DNA from: Owenia fusiformis | Lineage: Eukaryota | Reading direction: 5' to 3' | DNA length: 64,000 nucleotides | Assembly (NCBI GenBank): GCA_903813345.2 | Contig: CAIIXF020000001.1 | Span: 17,546,001 to 17,610,000 of the forward strand | Shown: piece by piece, positions 1-22,430 of the stretch | How positions within the stretch are numbered: the stretch's first letter is position 1 | How the letters are laid out: every line of letters starts with the position of its first letter | Translations under genes and position numbers: made by a program | The notes under the pieces: model-generated | Database searches by the model: none | The model's input: only the letters and a program-made list of their open reading frames with translations | Told to the model about the DNA's origin: nothing

Positions 1-344
1 GGTGTACGGTTTACCTAGTTGCAATCCCATTCTGGTCTTGGGAGCATTCAATAGAAACTCACATTAGATTTCAAAAGTAAAATAAAATGGTGCTAGCCAT
101 GCACATATTTCTTACCTTAATTGATTCTAAACACAAGCCTAAAAGTGTTCTCAAAGCCAAAAAAGTGGCTGTCTCAAATTGCAGTGATACACACTCCAAT
201 CTTTAAATCGACCAGTATTCCAAAACTGTATTTCTAAACTGAGGTTACATACTGAATGTAAAATAATTTCTTCTTTTTCGGCTTTGCTAGTTTTTTTTTC
301 GACTTTTGAAATCTCACGTACGTGAGCTTCTAATTACTTCCTGC

Positions 345-815
345 AAAAGCTATGTGGATTTTGATATAATAGCTTTGCCATGGCGCACTTGGGGCAGCTG
401 AAAATAATAATAGTGACCTTTAAAACATGAATAATGAGATCCGCGGCTTACTTTTTCTCTAACTATGTCTTACATCAGTATCATCAATCCGTGCAAGTAT
501 TGGAGCGCTGAAATACTTCTTTTTCGATCAAGACTTGTAAATTGTTCACAGAGTGAATATTTTTTTGACCCATTTCCAATATGGCGGTCTGGCGGTGAAA
601 AAACATTCACTCAGCTAACAATTACAAGTCTTGATCGAAAAGGAAGTACTTCAGCGCTCCAATACTTGCACGGAAGGATGATAATGATGTATGACATAGT
701 TAGAGAACAAAAGTAAGCCGCGGATCAACTTATTCATGTTTCAAAGGTCACTATTATTCAGCTGTCCATTTCTCCGTTGAAGAGCCATAAGTTTCAAAAT
801 CTAACATGGCTCTCG
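345..815. mobile_element. Foldback/MITE-like long imperfect palindrome
   Basis: Arms are reverse complements, e.g. atccgcggcttact...caagtattggagcgctgaa...ttttcgatcaagacttgtaattg versus caattacaagtcttgatcgaaaa...ttcagcgctccaatacttg...agtaagccgcggatc. Centre near 585. Confidence 0.75.
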
Positions 816-831
816 AAGTGAGTAAAGCTTC

Positions 832-1049
832 TACAGTTTGGAACAAAAATAATGACACATGGATTTGCTGAAGTGAGGATTTCCCATGTTAAAAATAAGA
901 GAATTTTCAAAAGGTCATACATCAGTGGATGAGAGTATGTAATATATATTATTTATATATAATATTTGAGACTATAGGGCTTTCAAAACACCATGGTTTT
1001 GATATGGTGATATAAAATCCACCTGTCATTTATTTTGTTCCAAACTGTA
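832..1049. mobile_element. Tc1/mariner-type MITE, copy 1
   Basis: TA|CAGTTTGGAACAAAA...TTTTGTTCCAAACTG|TA termini; homologous to 2432-2672. Confidence 0.75.
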
Positions 1050-1051
1050 TA

Positions 1052-2234
1052 TAGAGTAGATTTCATGGCCTGACTTCGTCGGTAGAACTTGAAAAATAAG
1101 ATTTATCTGAAGATAAGGAGTCTTACTTACCCTCTAGAGGTTAGAACACACATTTTAATGAAACCATATCAGCTATGTTTTGTTCATGATGAAGCATAAG
1201 CACAGTACTTGATTGAAATTTGTGTTAATGCTTTTTTTCCTCGTGTTTACTTCCGGGACGGCTTTGCCTCTATCACGAAATACTGTATTGACCTTGAAGT
1301 TTAATTTTGTGACATATCATCCAACCATGTCTGATATAAAAATAATTAAAATATTTGAAAATAATGTTTTGTGGTCTGAATGAAATGATGCGTGGAAAGT
1401 ATGAATGGGTTGTCTGCTGTATTAGTCTATTAATATTCTAGGACCTGTTTGTGATGCTTTATAATTTAGACCAAAGTGTAGACGAATACACGCATGTGTA
1501 AATTATAAAATCAACGAACAAAGATTCAATTTTCACAAATATTCGGTAATTTATCGTACTGAAACTTCTAGGAAATCATTCATTTTCACGATCCATAATT
1601 TACCTACCTCTTGGATATAGCCTTTTCCAATGGCCATGATGATATCATGGCTAGTAGGACTAGGGACATCTTGAAGTCTACTTGGATATTGTGTACCCTG
1701 CGTGCAGAGTCTAGTTAAACTACACTCTGCCTAGTAGAGACTATATTACAGTTTAGTAGCCCCACCCCCACGACGGGTACCGGTGACAGTTTGGGTAATA
1801 AATCACTTTTGACCTACGCGCTGACCTTTCTTCCACCAATCAGCGAGCTTGAAGAAACATACGCCAAATGCATTCTAATTAAATATGCACATGTCATTGG
1901 TCAATTCCGGGCTCAATGACGACGTCAGAAGGACTGACCATATATAGAACGTCGGTCAAATTTGGCCGACGAACACTGATTGGCGCGGTGAGTTCACAGG
2001 TTTATTTTAGTTTGAAAGAGTGAAGACGAAGCTCTCTTTTAAGAAGTGAAGTCAAACAAATGCAAAGGGTACATATTGTGCTAAATGCTCTATAGTTGAC
2101 GCAACAAAGTTGATAGAGTTTCAATTTGAAATGTGTGTTCTAACCTCTAGAGGATAAGTAAGACTCCTAATCTTCAGGTAAATCTTATTTTTCAAGTTCT
2201 ACCGACGAAGTCAGGCCATGAAATCTACCGTCTA
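1052..2234. mobile_element. Non-autonomous DNA transposon with TIRs of about 100 bp
   Basis: gtagatttcatggcctgacttcgtcggtagaacttgaaaaataagatt...ttagaacacacattt (about 1056-1155) is inverted at about 2128-2229. Confidence 0.8.
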
Positions 2235-2431
2235 GAATGCTCTCATGAGCAGAATGGTCAAGAGTTCCCCCCACTCACTGTGTACCAGTCTTTTTTTCTT
2301 TGATACACGGGGTGAACTCTTGTTCTTGGGCCTGTGATCATAAAATTCTTTTATTCTGCTTGAGGGAACAGTCTGAACTAAAAAATTCACTGGATCTAGG
2401 CTAGCCTAGATTATAACTATAAGATCTAGCC

Positions 2432-2672
2432 TACAGTTGGGGACAAAAATAAATGACAGGTCGATTTTCGATCACCATTTCCTAATTATGGTCGTCTGAA
2501 AGCCCATAATTTCCAATATTGTCTAGATACATATCCCTTAAAATTTGTATATTTTACATTTTGTATAATCTCATCCACTGATTTATGGTCTCTTGTAAAT
2601 TCTCTTATTTTTAACATGGGAAATCCTCACTTCAGCAAATCCACCTGTCATTTATTTATGTCCCCAACTGTA
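2432..2672. mobile_element. Tc1/mariner-type MITE, copy 2, inverted relative to 832-1049
   Basis: TA|CAGTTGGGGACA...TGTCCCCAACTG|TA. Internal ttaacatgggaaatcctcacttcagcaaatcc is the reverse complement of part of copy 1. Confidence 0.75.
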
Positions 2673-2903
2673 GATTAGATCTAGCCTACATTTAGATATC
2701 GTTTCGAAAAAGGAAAGTAGTCTTTTTACGATAGTTTACACTCAGGAAATCCAAATTAACAACTCAATACGATTCTCCAGTATTTCATGTAAATTTTTAT
2801 ATACGAAGAACCAATTTAAAAGTTCTAACTCGTCTAATACAATGAAAAATTACCTGGAATTTTGTCTGGAAATTTCTTCAAATTTGGGCGATAATTCAGG
2901 ATA

Positions 2904-2911
2904 TCACGTGA
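2904..2911. promoter_or_regulatory. Palindromic E-box TCACGTGA just upstream of the HACD start codon
   Basis: Motif lies 13-20 nt before ATG 2924. bHLH-ZIP (SREBP/USF/TFE-type) binding is an inference. Confidence 0.3.
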
Positions 2912-2923
2912 CCAAGCTCAAAA

Positions 2924-5900
2924 ATGGCGAACGGACCGAAAACTGATTTAACCTATGGGGAAATGTATTTATTGATGTACAATTTCTTTCAAATGCTGGG
3001 GTAAGTAACAACAATAGTATCTCTTCATATTGACTTGGTCTTACTGTCTGAATTACGAATTGAATATGAAATGTGACCATGATAAAATGAATTTTAAAAT
3101 CACATGGGCGATAATAGAGTGAGTTCAATGTGCAGAATTCATAGACCAAACCCTTTTCACCTCTAACAGGCTGATCGCTTCAATCTCTCTCATCTTTCAG
3201 GTACAGATGAGTTCAGTATCACAAGGGAATTGAATAATTTACCGTCCAACAGAGAAATCAAACGTTTAGCGCTTACTAAATGGTAGTCACTTATCGAGTT
3301 CTGGCTTGCTTTATTGACTTCTGTTTTAGTCATGAATTTCTATTACACTCATCTTATTAAGAGTTCATATCGCATAATAACCCTTATTATCGGATTCCAG
3401 CTGTTAGTAGTATTAATTTGAATAAATTAAAACTGAGTAGTACAGCTGAGTGGACATGTATATGCACCGATAACTAGGTCTATTTTTGCTTAGCTGCCAA
3501 CGGAAACACACCTTTATAGGAGACTAGGCTATTTGTACATAGCTGTAAATAGCACATGGATTTTAGTTCAAATGATCTGCTCGACTTGTTGAATTTTTTC
3601 AACAGTCATTTGTTTGCAGTTTTTTGGAACTTTATTTACTAGTCTAGCTACATTTGTTTGGACTTATGAACCATTAGTACGGCTCCTAGTGCTCCTGAAA
3701 TTATGTACTTGGACAGGTAGGGAAATATTATGTTTTTTCAAAATGGAAGTTTGAATACTGAAGGTCTAAATGACCATGGTCTATAATGACCACAGTCAAG
3801 GTCTAAATGACCACAGTTTAGGTCTTAATGACCACAGTTTAGGTCTGAATGACCACAGTTTAGGTCTGAATGACCACATGTTATTTCTAAATGAACACAT
3901 TTTAGGTCTAAATGACCACTGTTTATGTCTGAATGCACACACCAAAGGTCCAAATGACCAAAGTTCAAGGCCTATAAACCAAAGTTTGACCAAGGTTCAA
4001 AATGAGCCGCCATCAGAATAATAGTCATATTAGAGGTCATATTACAGTTTCAGCGAGCATATCCAATTGCATAGCCTCATAATAGGTTCAAATTAATAGA
4101 ATCATTTTTGTTTTGATTCAAGTTCTAGTAATCTAGTGCTTATAGATTCATGTTCTGTTTATCAGCGGTCTATATGTTCAATATGTTTGACTCATTTTTT
4201 GAGAACAAGTCCGAATTGAAGATAACAGACAAGCACGTAAAATCTGTCCATAAATATTGGTCAATAACATTATCCTAGTAGATATCAAAATATGAAGAAA
4301 AGGCTAGAGCAAGCTATCTAGAAAGTAAATGAACTAAAAATGTTCCTAGTCCCAAAGCAGATAGAAATCTACAATTGCAAAATGGGAAATGGCATATGCA
4401 ATACTGGTAATGTGTGTCACATGGACTTCCTGAAATAAAGCTCTTTATCCATGGAATTCGGGTTAACAGCCCTAGATCAAATGACAATACTCGTACAATA
4501 TTTTGCTATTGTTGCTAAACAAGGATTTCCCATAACCAACTACTGTAGTTGAAACAAGCTTCATGCTTCAAATTTTCATTTTGACAAGAGTGAATTGGAG
4601 AATTTTCTGTCTTCATACCATTACCTAACCAAAAAGAGAATACCCCAAGCTGGGCAAAAGAATTGTTTGGTGATGACTCAACAAAGATTTTGTCAAAGAC
4701 AGATCAAAATCTTTCAATAGATTATAAATACAAGTATTTGACAGCCTTTTGAATAGGCCAGTGAAAGCAGAAACTGTCAGCTGCCAATAGCTATACAGCT
4801 AGAAGTCATGACAAACAATGTCATTATAGACGATGTCGCTCCAGCACAACTTAGGCTGTAGAAAAATCCTTGTCCAATGACAGGTACGTCAATTTTATTT
4901 TTAAAATTAAACCAAAATGGATCTAAAAAAGATGAATGTTTTGACATAACATCAGATCTAGAAAAAACAATCTGGAAGTTCACTAAAACAGAAACTTAGG
5001 TAAATCACATATACTTTTTGAAGTTTCAAAGTCACCTACATAGAAATATGAAGTATGGTCAAGGTTACCAGAGATTCTGAGAAATGATAACAATATAGCT
5101 TAAGATTTCTAAATGGAAAGCAGCTTTAATATTTCTAAAAACTGCGTTTTTAAGCAATCGGATGTTTTGTCCATCCTTTAAAAACAGGAGATTCATTTAA
5201 CTCTTAAACATGCAACAGAAAAGCAAAGTCAAGCATAGATCAATTTCTGTGTCACATATTGTTTTTCACATGATTGTTCCCAGAGACTCGTTCTCAATCT
5301 AAACTCTAAAAAATCTAAACCTTAACCATTTAGTTGGTATGAATATTTCAAAATGGAAGACATGGTAACTCTAAGAAACATGAGATGGCCAAACAATTAC
5401 CGATGGTGAAAGTCCATGCTAAGGATGCTTATATGACCATAAGCATACATTTGAGGCACAGGAAATAGCTCTGTTGAATGATATAACATCATTTGAGATC
5501 ATTACTATGGACCTTGCTTCCCTCAAACTCGTGAAAATACCGTAAGCACTATTGTGGAATATTTAATTTGGTTTTGAATCTTTTATTGATTCTCTAATGT
5601 CATTAAGCTCTCGCCTATCTGCTACTCATGAACATGATTTCAAGTTAGTGAAATATTTGTTTCAAACTGAAGTTTCTGATAAATGGGGGAAAGCCTATTG
5701 TTGCATTTTCCCATCATAAAATGGAGCTTTGTAGGTTTGTGATCAATACAATTGAGATGAACTTGAAGGCCTTAATAGAAATGATAGTTTCTATCAAAAT
5801 TCTCGCAAAGACTTTGTAGGGATAGAATCAACCCTAGTCAGTAATCTTACTCAAGTTATTGAGATACTTTTGAATTGTACTTTAGTCTGTAATCTGTATA

Positions 5901-8900
5901 TTGAACCTCTACATTTATTGACACTTGCAAAGGTCAAAGCAGTCCTACATGTATGCATTGATTGCCAAAATAACTCACAAAAAAATGAATTCAAAATTTG
6001 ATAGTGATTGGTCCAAGAAGTCGAAATTCAGAATACTAATAGTGTTATCCGAATCAATAATTACAATAACAACAAAAAAGCAGCCTGTTTGGCTAAAGTT
6101 CAAGTCTGACGGGACAGTAGCTTAGGGGAAATAGATTAAACAAAAAATTGTTTCATATGAATGAAAGCCATGGATATGGTAGTGAAAGTATTCACAAAAC
6201 TTAGACAATGTTATATAAAATTAACAAGAAAACCACGATGACATTATGTGAACAAAATGTGGGGAACGAGATGGCTAGAAATGTTAAAAGCAATGCAAGA
6301 TCGTTCAGATACCTTTGCCAGAGATATCATTATTACTGTATAATATCTTCCAAGGAATCAGAATTGAATGTCAGATCAAACCTAGAGAAATTCCTCGATG
6401 CATCAAACTAGAAATAAGATTGGGAGATTTTTCCTAATTGAAAGTTTTAAGGTCCAGATAAATTGATTTTGTCGACCAGTAGAAAATTAATATTTCAGGT
6501 GGAAACTAAACCCAGAAACTCTGGAAGTTGACATATTTATTCAGAATAAACAGTCAAATAACTTTCCTCCAATTTCTTAAATCAGCCGATTACTGGTTAA
6601 AGTGAGACAGAAAAAATGCACAGATATGGCTCTTATAGCCCCAATGTGGCAAATGGCTCTGCGGTATCTATAATTGTTGGAAATGTTGGTCTGTATGCCC
6701 ATCTTATTGCCAAACCATATGAAATTACTAATATCTAATCTTACAGCCTTTATAAAAAAAGAAGCTACATAACACTAACGGTGTCCAAATGATCATCCTC
6801 AAGTTTGAAACTAGAGGTTTCTGCGACAAACTAGCAATACATGTACATGTATGTTCATTAAATCAAGTAAAGAAAGTACTTAAATTACTTCCAAGGACCC
6901 CTGGAAAACATGGGTATGCTGCAAGTTCTAATAAACATGACATTAATATTTAGCCTCTGATACAAATTTAGCCAATTTCCTAACTGAAATGTCAAATCAG
7001 GTATGTGCTATTCGTTTCTCGATACTTAAAGTCTGCAAAATCAGCATATAATGGAACCATAGATAGGTAAGTCAATACCATGTTCTGGTTGATTTTATGG
7101 AAACTTTTACAATGGAAACCCACTAAATAAAATAAATGAAACTTGGGATGTGAATAAGGTCGTACTGTATCTCACATTGAACATTCGGGTCAGAATAGAA
7201 TTCTCAACTGAAAGTACACAATAAGTCATGTTAATGTCTATTTCAAGCATGTATCCCAGGGCCTCTGAAATAATATGCCATTGGATGGTTGTCAAAGACA
7301 GAATGTCAACACATAAAATTGGGGTTTCAAGTTTTTTCATGAGAATCCATTTAATAATGTTGTACTAGCATTTAGAAAATACCAGAAACATCTGAAACAA
7401 ACTACTAGTAGTAGAAGGGAATCATAAGAAGGAAGTTTAAATTATCCTTGTCAAATGTCATGCGATGCCATGAATGTACATATCCAGTAAAACATCTCAT
7501 ATACATACACATTAGCAGTTTCTATAACAATACATAAAGGTCTTAATTTTATAGAATAATAATAATAGATAGATATTTAATAAATACATTTAAGTACATT
7601 TGAAAGACATATTTAACCAGGTATGCAGTAACAGTACCATAAACTTGAACATTTGATATATCTACAAACCAAGTGATGGGAAATGCAAATTAACTGAATG
7701 CTTAACAATTTTACAATCGGTTAAACTGATAAAGGAAATTAAAGGATTTAGATCAGTTGTTCTGAGGTCATGTTACTTTAAACATGCGATATGAACTCTT
7801 AATAAGATGAGTGTAATAGAAATTTTACAATTTCTTAAGAATCTCGCTAATGAAATTATAATTTTATTAACGAGATCTTATTAAGAGTTCATATATTCCC
7901 CCCTCGCCCACCCAGTCGTTAATTGTCACTAAAACACAGTTTTGTGTTATTTCAGAACATAACCACAGACAACTGAGTTATGAAGGGTAGAATTAACATT
8001 CAACAATCTTCATCAAGTCAAATATTATGTATCTGGATTTTTACACTCTCAAAGTTGTAATGAAAGTTTTTAAAGTTTAAATCTCACAAACAGTGATAGG
8101 TTTATATCCTATACTACACAGGACTTTATTTTAACTTTGCATCCCACAAAGATGTGGGGATAAATTGGACATCTCACAAGCAGTGGATGTAGTTGTTTTC
8201 TTACTTGAAGAATTCACTGATGTTTACTCATAGTAAGGTGAGTTTTTTCAATGGTTTCAGAATATTAAGTTGGCATCTAAGCAATAGACCTAGTTATCGG
8301 TGCATATACATGTCCACTCAGCTGTACTACTCAGTTTTAATTTATTCAAATTAATACTACTAACAGCTGGAATCCGATAATAAGGGTTATTATGCGATAT
8401 GAACTCTTAATAAGATCTCGTTAATAAAATTATAATTTCATTAGCGAGATTCTTAAGAAATTGTAAAAGTATTCAGTGCGCTCTCTAAATTAATAAAGTG
8501 AAAATACTGTACCATGTAACCAAAGGCAGCATTATAGTGCCAGGTGATTTTCACGTTCACGATGATGGGATAAAGACTGTGAAAGAAGAACAAATTCCTG
8601 TGAATGGTTATCCCTGAAATGTAGATCTTCCACTTCAAAACTGTCCCCTGACCTTATTGCTCTTATTGAATCTGATTTCAGATGGACAGCTATATTCTAT
8701 ACTGTATTCCTGCACATAGTGGTAGAAGAGACCAATGTTGGTGTCTATGATGCGGTATCCTTGCTCTTGAAGATCTTCCAAACTGCTGCCATTTTAGAGG
8801 TACATGTACTACAATATCATGGAATTAATCATCTCTCCTGAGGTTGATAGGTCAGAATTATATCCTAGCATTGTGTAAATGCTAAAAAATAACATTTTAT

Positions 8901-10952
8901 CATAACAGTTCGAATCATAAAGTTTTTGTTGTTTCCTACAGTGAAGTGTTTTGAAGCCATCAGTCAGTGATTCTATATTGCATTTACCTATTGTATTGTA
9001 CATGTATCTAGCATTATATTTTATTTTAAACATAAATTGCATACATCAAATGAATGTTAAAAACACTGTTTTGTTTTTATCTGGTTGTATCATCTGTTCT
9101 CCTAGGTTGTCCATTGTATGACTGGACTGGTGAGATCCTCTTGGGTCCTGACTGCCTTCCAGGTGGCATCAAGAGTATTTCTAGTATGGGGAGTCACACA
9201 TAGTGTTAAGCAGGTGAGAAGGATACCATATTCATGTTCCAGTTTTGATTATTCGGGGAATTTAAATTCCACTGATTCTATTTTTGTATTTAGACTGGCA
9301 GTGTACATGTATATTATAATTTGTTTGTAATTAACGATTTGTTGTCTTCAATATTGAGCTTTAACAATGTGCATGTATAATAATTGCCCCCCTTTATCCA
9401 CATGTTATTTGCATATATACTTTATATTATAGACCAGGCATTAACATGACAAAATATCACCACCTTGTAAAGTGTATCAATTGTTACAGACACCAAATAC
9501 CAGTCACAAAGAATGATAGCTATAACAATACTATGACCACTTATTGGTGGTGACAAAAAAGACCAATGTTTGTTCTTTCTAACATCACTTCTTTGTGTCA
9601 AGAAAAGGCCCACTGTAAAAATAAATAGCTTGAATGTAGGTTTAAGAAGTACTCTTTGTGTTTGCAGACTCAAGATACACTTGGAGTTACTCTCTACATT
9701 GCTGCCTGGACTCTGACTGAGGTGATCAGATATGGCTTTTACTGCTGTTCCATCATAGAAAACATGCCCTATATATTACAGTGGCTCAGGTACATTTGCC
9801 TTACTAAACAGTGCTATTCAGATGGTACTGCTTGAAATACTAAGTACTGTTATTCAATTTTGTTCAACCAAATATAGTACAGTAAAACCTGTCAAAGTGG
9901 AACACCTATGGTATCTCTAAAAAGTGCTCCACTTGGGAGGTGTTCAATTTATGGATGTTCATATTATAGTTAAGTCAGTTGTTCTTGGGACTCTGAAGTG
10001 TTCCACTGACAGAGGTGTTCTTCTTCACAGGTTTCACTGTCAGCTGTTCACTGAATGTAATATCTAGTTTGGAACTCATGGATTATACAATTTTAATATG
10101 TGATCTAATCATTTAGGAGCAAAGAACTTAAATATTACCACTTTAATTCAGGTAAATTAATTACATTTTTCTCAAACTTTTCAGATACACATTGTTTATT
10201 GGACTCTACCCCTTAGGAGTAACAGTAAGTTTGAACTAATTTGGTATTTCTTAGAGACTGTAGACTGCTCATATTTTGAAACTCAATGTCAACCAGTGGT
10301 GTGAACCATGAAGCTGTTTGAAGGTCATTCTACACTTTTAGAAAATACTTTTAAAATGTGAAAATGTATCTCAACATAATTTTAACCAAATATTTTGATT
10401 TTCAACTAATGTTTTCTATCATGTGTATTTTGGTCATTAACAGACAATCTTTCCAAGTAGACAAATCATATTCATTGAAATGTTACCTGATTGCAGTTTT
10501 TAATCGTAAAAAAACTAATTAATTTGTGTAAAAATGATGAACATATGTAAAATGAAATAATGATGAGACCAATGTTTAATGTTGAATGATGTCTATCATG
10601 TCTATGTTTGCAGGGTGAACTGATGACCATCTGGAAAGCTCTGCCAGTTGTAGAGAAGACAGGGTTGTACTCTCTCAGATTGCCAAATAGCATCAACTTT
10701 GGATTTGATTACCACTATTTCCTCATTATAGTCATGCTCAATTACATTCCAAGTAAGTCATATGGATAAGTTTTTAAATGTAATTTTCACTTGTAATAGC
10801 ATTGTCAAGGACAGCAATTGTTAAAGCCCAAAAACCTTAATCATGCTTCATAATCATGCTTCCTTGTACTTTCAGTATTCCCACAGTTATATGGACACAT
10901 GTTGAAACAACGAAGGAAAATAATTGGAGGACAAGGAAAGAAGACTGATTAG
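2924..10952 (+). CDS. HACD: Very-long-chain 3-hydroxyacyl-CoA dehydratase (HACD1/2, PTPLA family), 7 coding exons, about 226 aa
   Basis: Exons 2924-3000, 8682-8799, 9106-9213, 9668-9789, 10185-10224, 10614-10752, 10876-10952. All introns are GT-AG and the total is 681 nt in frame. Motifs: [49 protein letters not shown] (catalytic Tyr/Glu), FPQLYGHM, and a C-terminal KKTD ER-retrieval signal. Confidence 0.95.
3335..8468 (+). mobile_element. DIRS1-like (tyrosine-recombinase class) retrotransposon with decayed coding region, in HACD intron 1
   Basis: ITRs 3351-3484 and 8283-8416. The internal complementary region 7784-7894 joins the reverse complements of both element ends. Frameshifted RT-like (FKME...KDAY, about 5340-5450), RNase H-like and PP..LI..KVRQ..LIAP.W (about 6565-6690) remnants are present. 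Confidence 0.85.
3762..3995. repeat. 21-bp minisatellite (ggtctaaatgaccacagttta)n, about 11 degenerate units, inside the DIRS element
   Basis: Periodicity is directly visible and explains ORFs 3770..4021 and 3796..3993. Confidence 0.9.
9878..10040. mobile_element. Short Tc1/Tigger-like MITE in HACD intron 4
   Basis: TA|CAGTAAAACCTGT...ACAGGTTTCACTG termini; a related left end occurs at about 25537. Confidence 0.55.
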
Positions 10953-11929
10953 AACAAAAAAACCATGACAATATTTATAACTCTGATAACCAGAATTTAA
11001 AGATGAGGACAGAACTTAAGCCCAGAATCTGAAATCCACTGATCAGTTTTCACTGGACTTAGTTGACACATCCAATCTCTTGAGTTCAAGTGTCTAATTT
11101 GATAAACTGTTTGATGGTTGATTTAATCAAGTGTGATGTATAATCCAATCAATGTTTAATTTGATATACCTTGATAAAATCAATTTGCCTTTAAGAAGAC
11201 TTTGTTGACAGACCTTGTGGAGTACACACAGCTCCAAATCTGTAGTAACACATCTTGTACACGAGTTCAAGTGTCTTATTTGATAAACTGTTTGATGTTT
11301 GATATACGAGTGTGATTCCAATTCCAGTGTATTTGATACATTTTGATATATGCTGTCCTAATCTTCAGATGAAATAAAGATTAAAAAATTATTTATAATT
11401 TATTATCATGTATTTATTTATTCACTTGTTGAGAAGATGAGTTAACAAATAACACACTATAATGGATTATGTCATGATTCCAATGCACACAATAAATCAG
11501 GTTATGAAACCACCTCTAATATCTCGTATTACAAAAATACCATCACCTCTTAAAAGGGTAATGAGACTACAGATTATGCAATACTATAGTAGTCACTTCT
11601 AACCTGTACTTTGAATGTCTCAAGGATAACTCTGGAATATCTTTGAATTTGGCATTTTCCTTATTCTGGCAGTTCTATAGCATGATTTTTTATTTTAAAC
11701 ATTTGCCATTCGTATTTTCATTCACATAATGAACTCAAAATAGATGATATGAGTTATATAAAATATATCAATGCGCATAAGTAGTTGTATAAAACAATGT
11801 CTACATGTACACTTGAAAATATGGAATGAAAATCGTGAATTATGTTTCTATATATTGTACTAGAATGAAGAATGTGTCTCTTTGAACTTAAAATGTAGTG
11901 TAAATATTTTTTTATATTTTTATCTTGTG

Positions 11930-20652
<8,723 letters not shown>

Positions 20653-21131
20653 CCTAATTTGAACACCTGTAATAAAAACAAACATTTCAGATAAATTGAT
20701 ATTAAAACAACTTGGGGAACCTGTCTATTATCAATTTCTAGACTAGGCCTTGGACTAGATCTAGAATCAAAACGCTTATTCTGGTGACCAGTTCATACGG
20801 TTGAAATAACGAAATGATGAAATGTTACCATGTGTCTACTTACCAGTTTGTTCTATGTCATCCATCCTGCTAGGTTACATTGTGGAACGCAGCCATACAC
20901 AACAATGAAGGCAACAAAATATCAATATTGACATGATCTTAGCAGAATTATTGAAAATTCAGATCGTCCATTTTGCAAGCTCACTTGAGTGACACCCAAC
21001 CATGTCTTCAAGGAGAAGTAAATATTTTGGAAAATGTTTGGCGAGCATTTGCTACTGATTATAGAAGGTCCAATTACGCAACGAACGAAACTGCTTAAGG
21101 TCAGGGTGCATGATGGAAAATTTTCTGCATT

Positions 21132-21479
21132 CCTCAATTGAGTCACATGTTATTTTTCAAACAAGAATCACTCCTTCCCCAGATTGTCTATATCTTCCAG
21201 TTTTGCACATTGAGTGCACTTATGTGCCTAGAAAAGACTTGTGAGAAGAATGTTTTGATAAAATGTATAAAAAACAAGAAAATTCAGTGAAAAAAATCAG
21301 AAAATTTTCAGAAATTTTTTTCACTGAATTTTCTCGTTTTTTATTCATTTTACAAAACAAATGTTCTCACAAGTCTTTTCTAGGCATATAGGTGCACTCT
21401 TTGTGCAAACCTGGAAGATGTAGACAATGTGGGGAAGGAGTGATTCTTGTTTGAAAAATAACATGTGACTCAATTGAGG
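21132..21479. mobile_element. Near-perfect palindromic MITE
   Basis: cctcaattgagtcacatgttatttttcaaacaagaatcactccttcccc is inverted at 21431-21479, with symmetry continuing to a centre near 21305. Confidence 0.85.
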
Positions 21480-22005
21480 GTAGTCATATAAATCCGACCG
21501 TTGTATGCTGTTCTTCGATATTCCTTGTTCTTATTTGGATATTTATTTTTTATCATTTTCTTTGCATACACGGTCGTAGATATTATATGGAACAAATTGC
21601 GGTAAACGCTTTTCTGGCCTGTCTTGGTAACCATAGTTACCATACTAACCAAAGTCACACAAATTATCACGTAATTATTTAGCTCCAACATCAAAGTGTT
21701 AAATCTTACCGTAGACATGTAAAACGCTTGATAATTGACGAAATATAATCAATTGAATTATATTTTCATTATCGCCCGCCATATTGCTGAATGTTGTTTC
21801 CGGTAGTCTAAATGTATAACATGTATCGAAACGGAATCATAATTATTTATTACACAGAGATCGATTCCAAAGCCGTTCTCTGCCACTTATTACTTTTCTT
21901 ATTTTGAAACAATAACTTTTCCAAATAACTTCCCTTCTCAACGACACTGCTTCCCTTTCAACTGAATATTCGTGTAACAACAACTTATGATTTCGTTTGA
22001 TATAC

Positions 22006-22430
22006 CACTCCCCCCAGTTTTCTGCAAGTTAAAATGCTCAATTCTGCAAGTGAAATTAGTGAATTCTGCAAGAAGAAAGGGCTAATTCTGCAGAAATTCC
22101 GCGGATATTAATGGTTTTCGAACCAGTAAACGGGAAAATATCGTGATAGTCAGGTAGTCAGTCACTACATACATGCTGCCATCTAACGGCAGAAATCAAA
22201 CGATGGCGTTTTAGAATTTTCACTTCGCATAATTTGGGTTATTTCTGCAAGGGATTTGACTGAAAACGTGTCAAATTGTTACAGGTAAGACTGACTTTTT
22301 AAACTTTTGGAAAATATATGGATTCTGCGGAAAATTCCGCGGAAATTGACCAAAATAGTTGATTCTGCAATTCCGCGGGCAGAGGCAAATTCCGTCCGCG
22401 CTCTGCAGACACGGAATCCTGGGGGCAGTG
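22006..22430. mobile_element. CACT-terminated small element with ttctgca/ttccgcgg subterminal repeats
   Basis: CACTCCCCCCAG...CTGGGGGCAGTG termini, flanked by the direct repeat atatac (22000-22005 and 22431-22436). Confidence 0.65.

Noticed and set aside
3762-4021. Repeat ORFs or a CRISPR-like array
   Set aside because: Head-to-tail 21-bp minisatellite without unique spacers, in a eukaryotic context with no cas genes.
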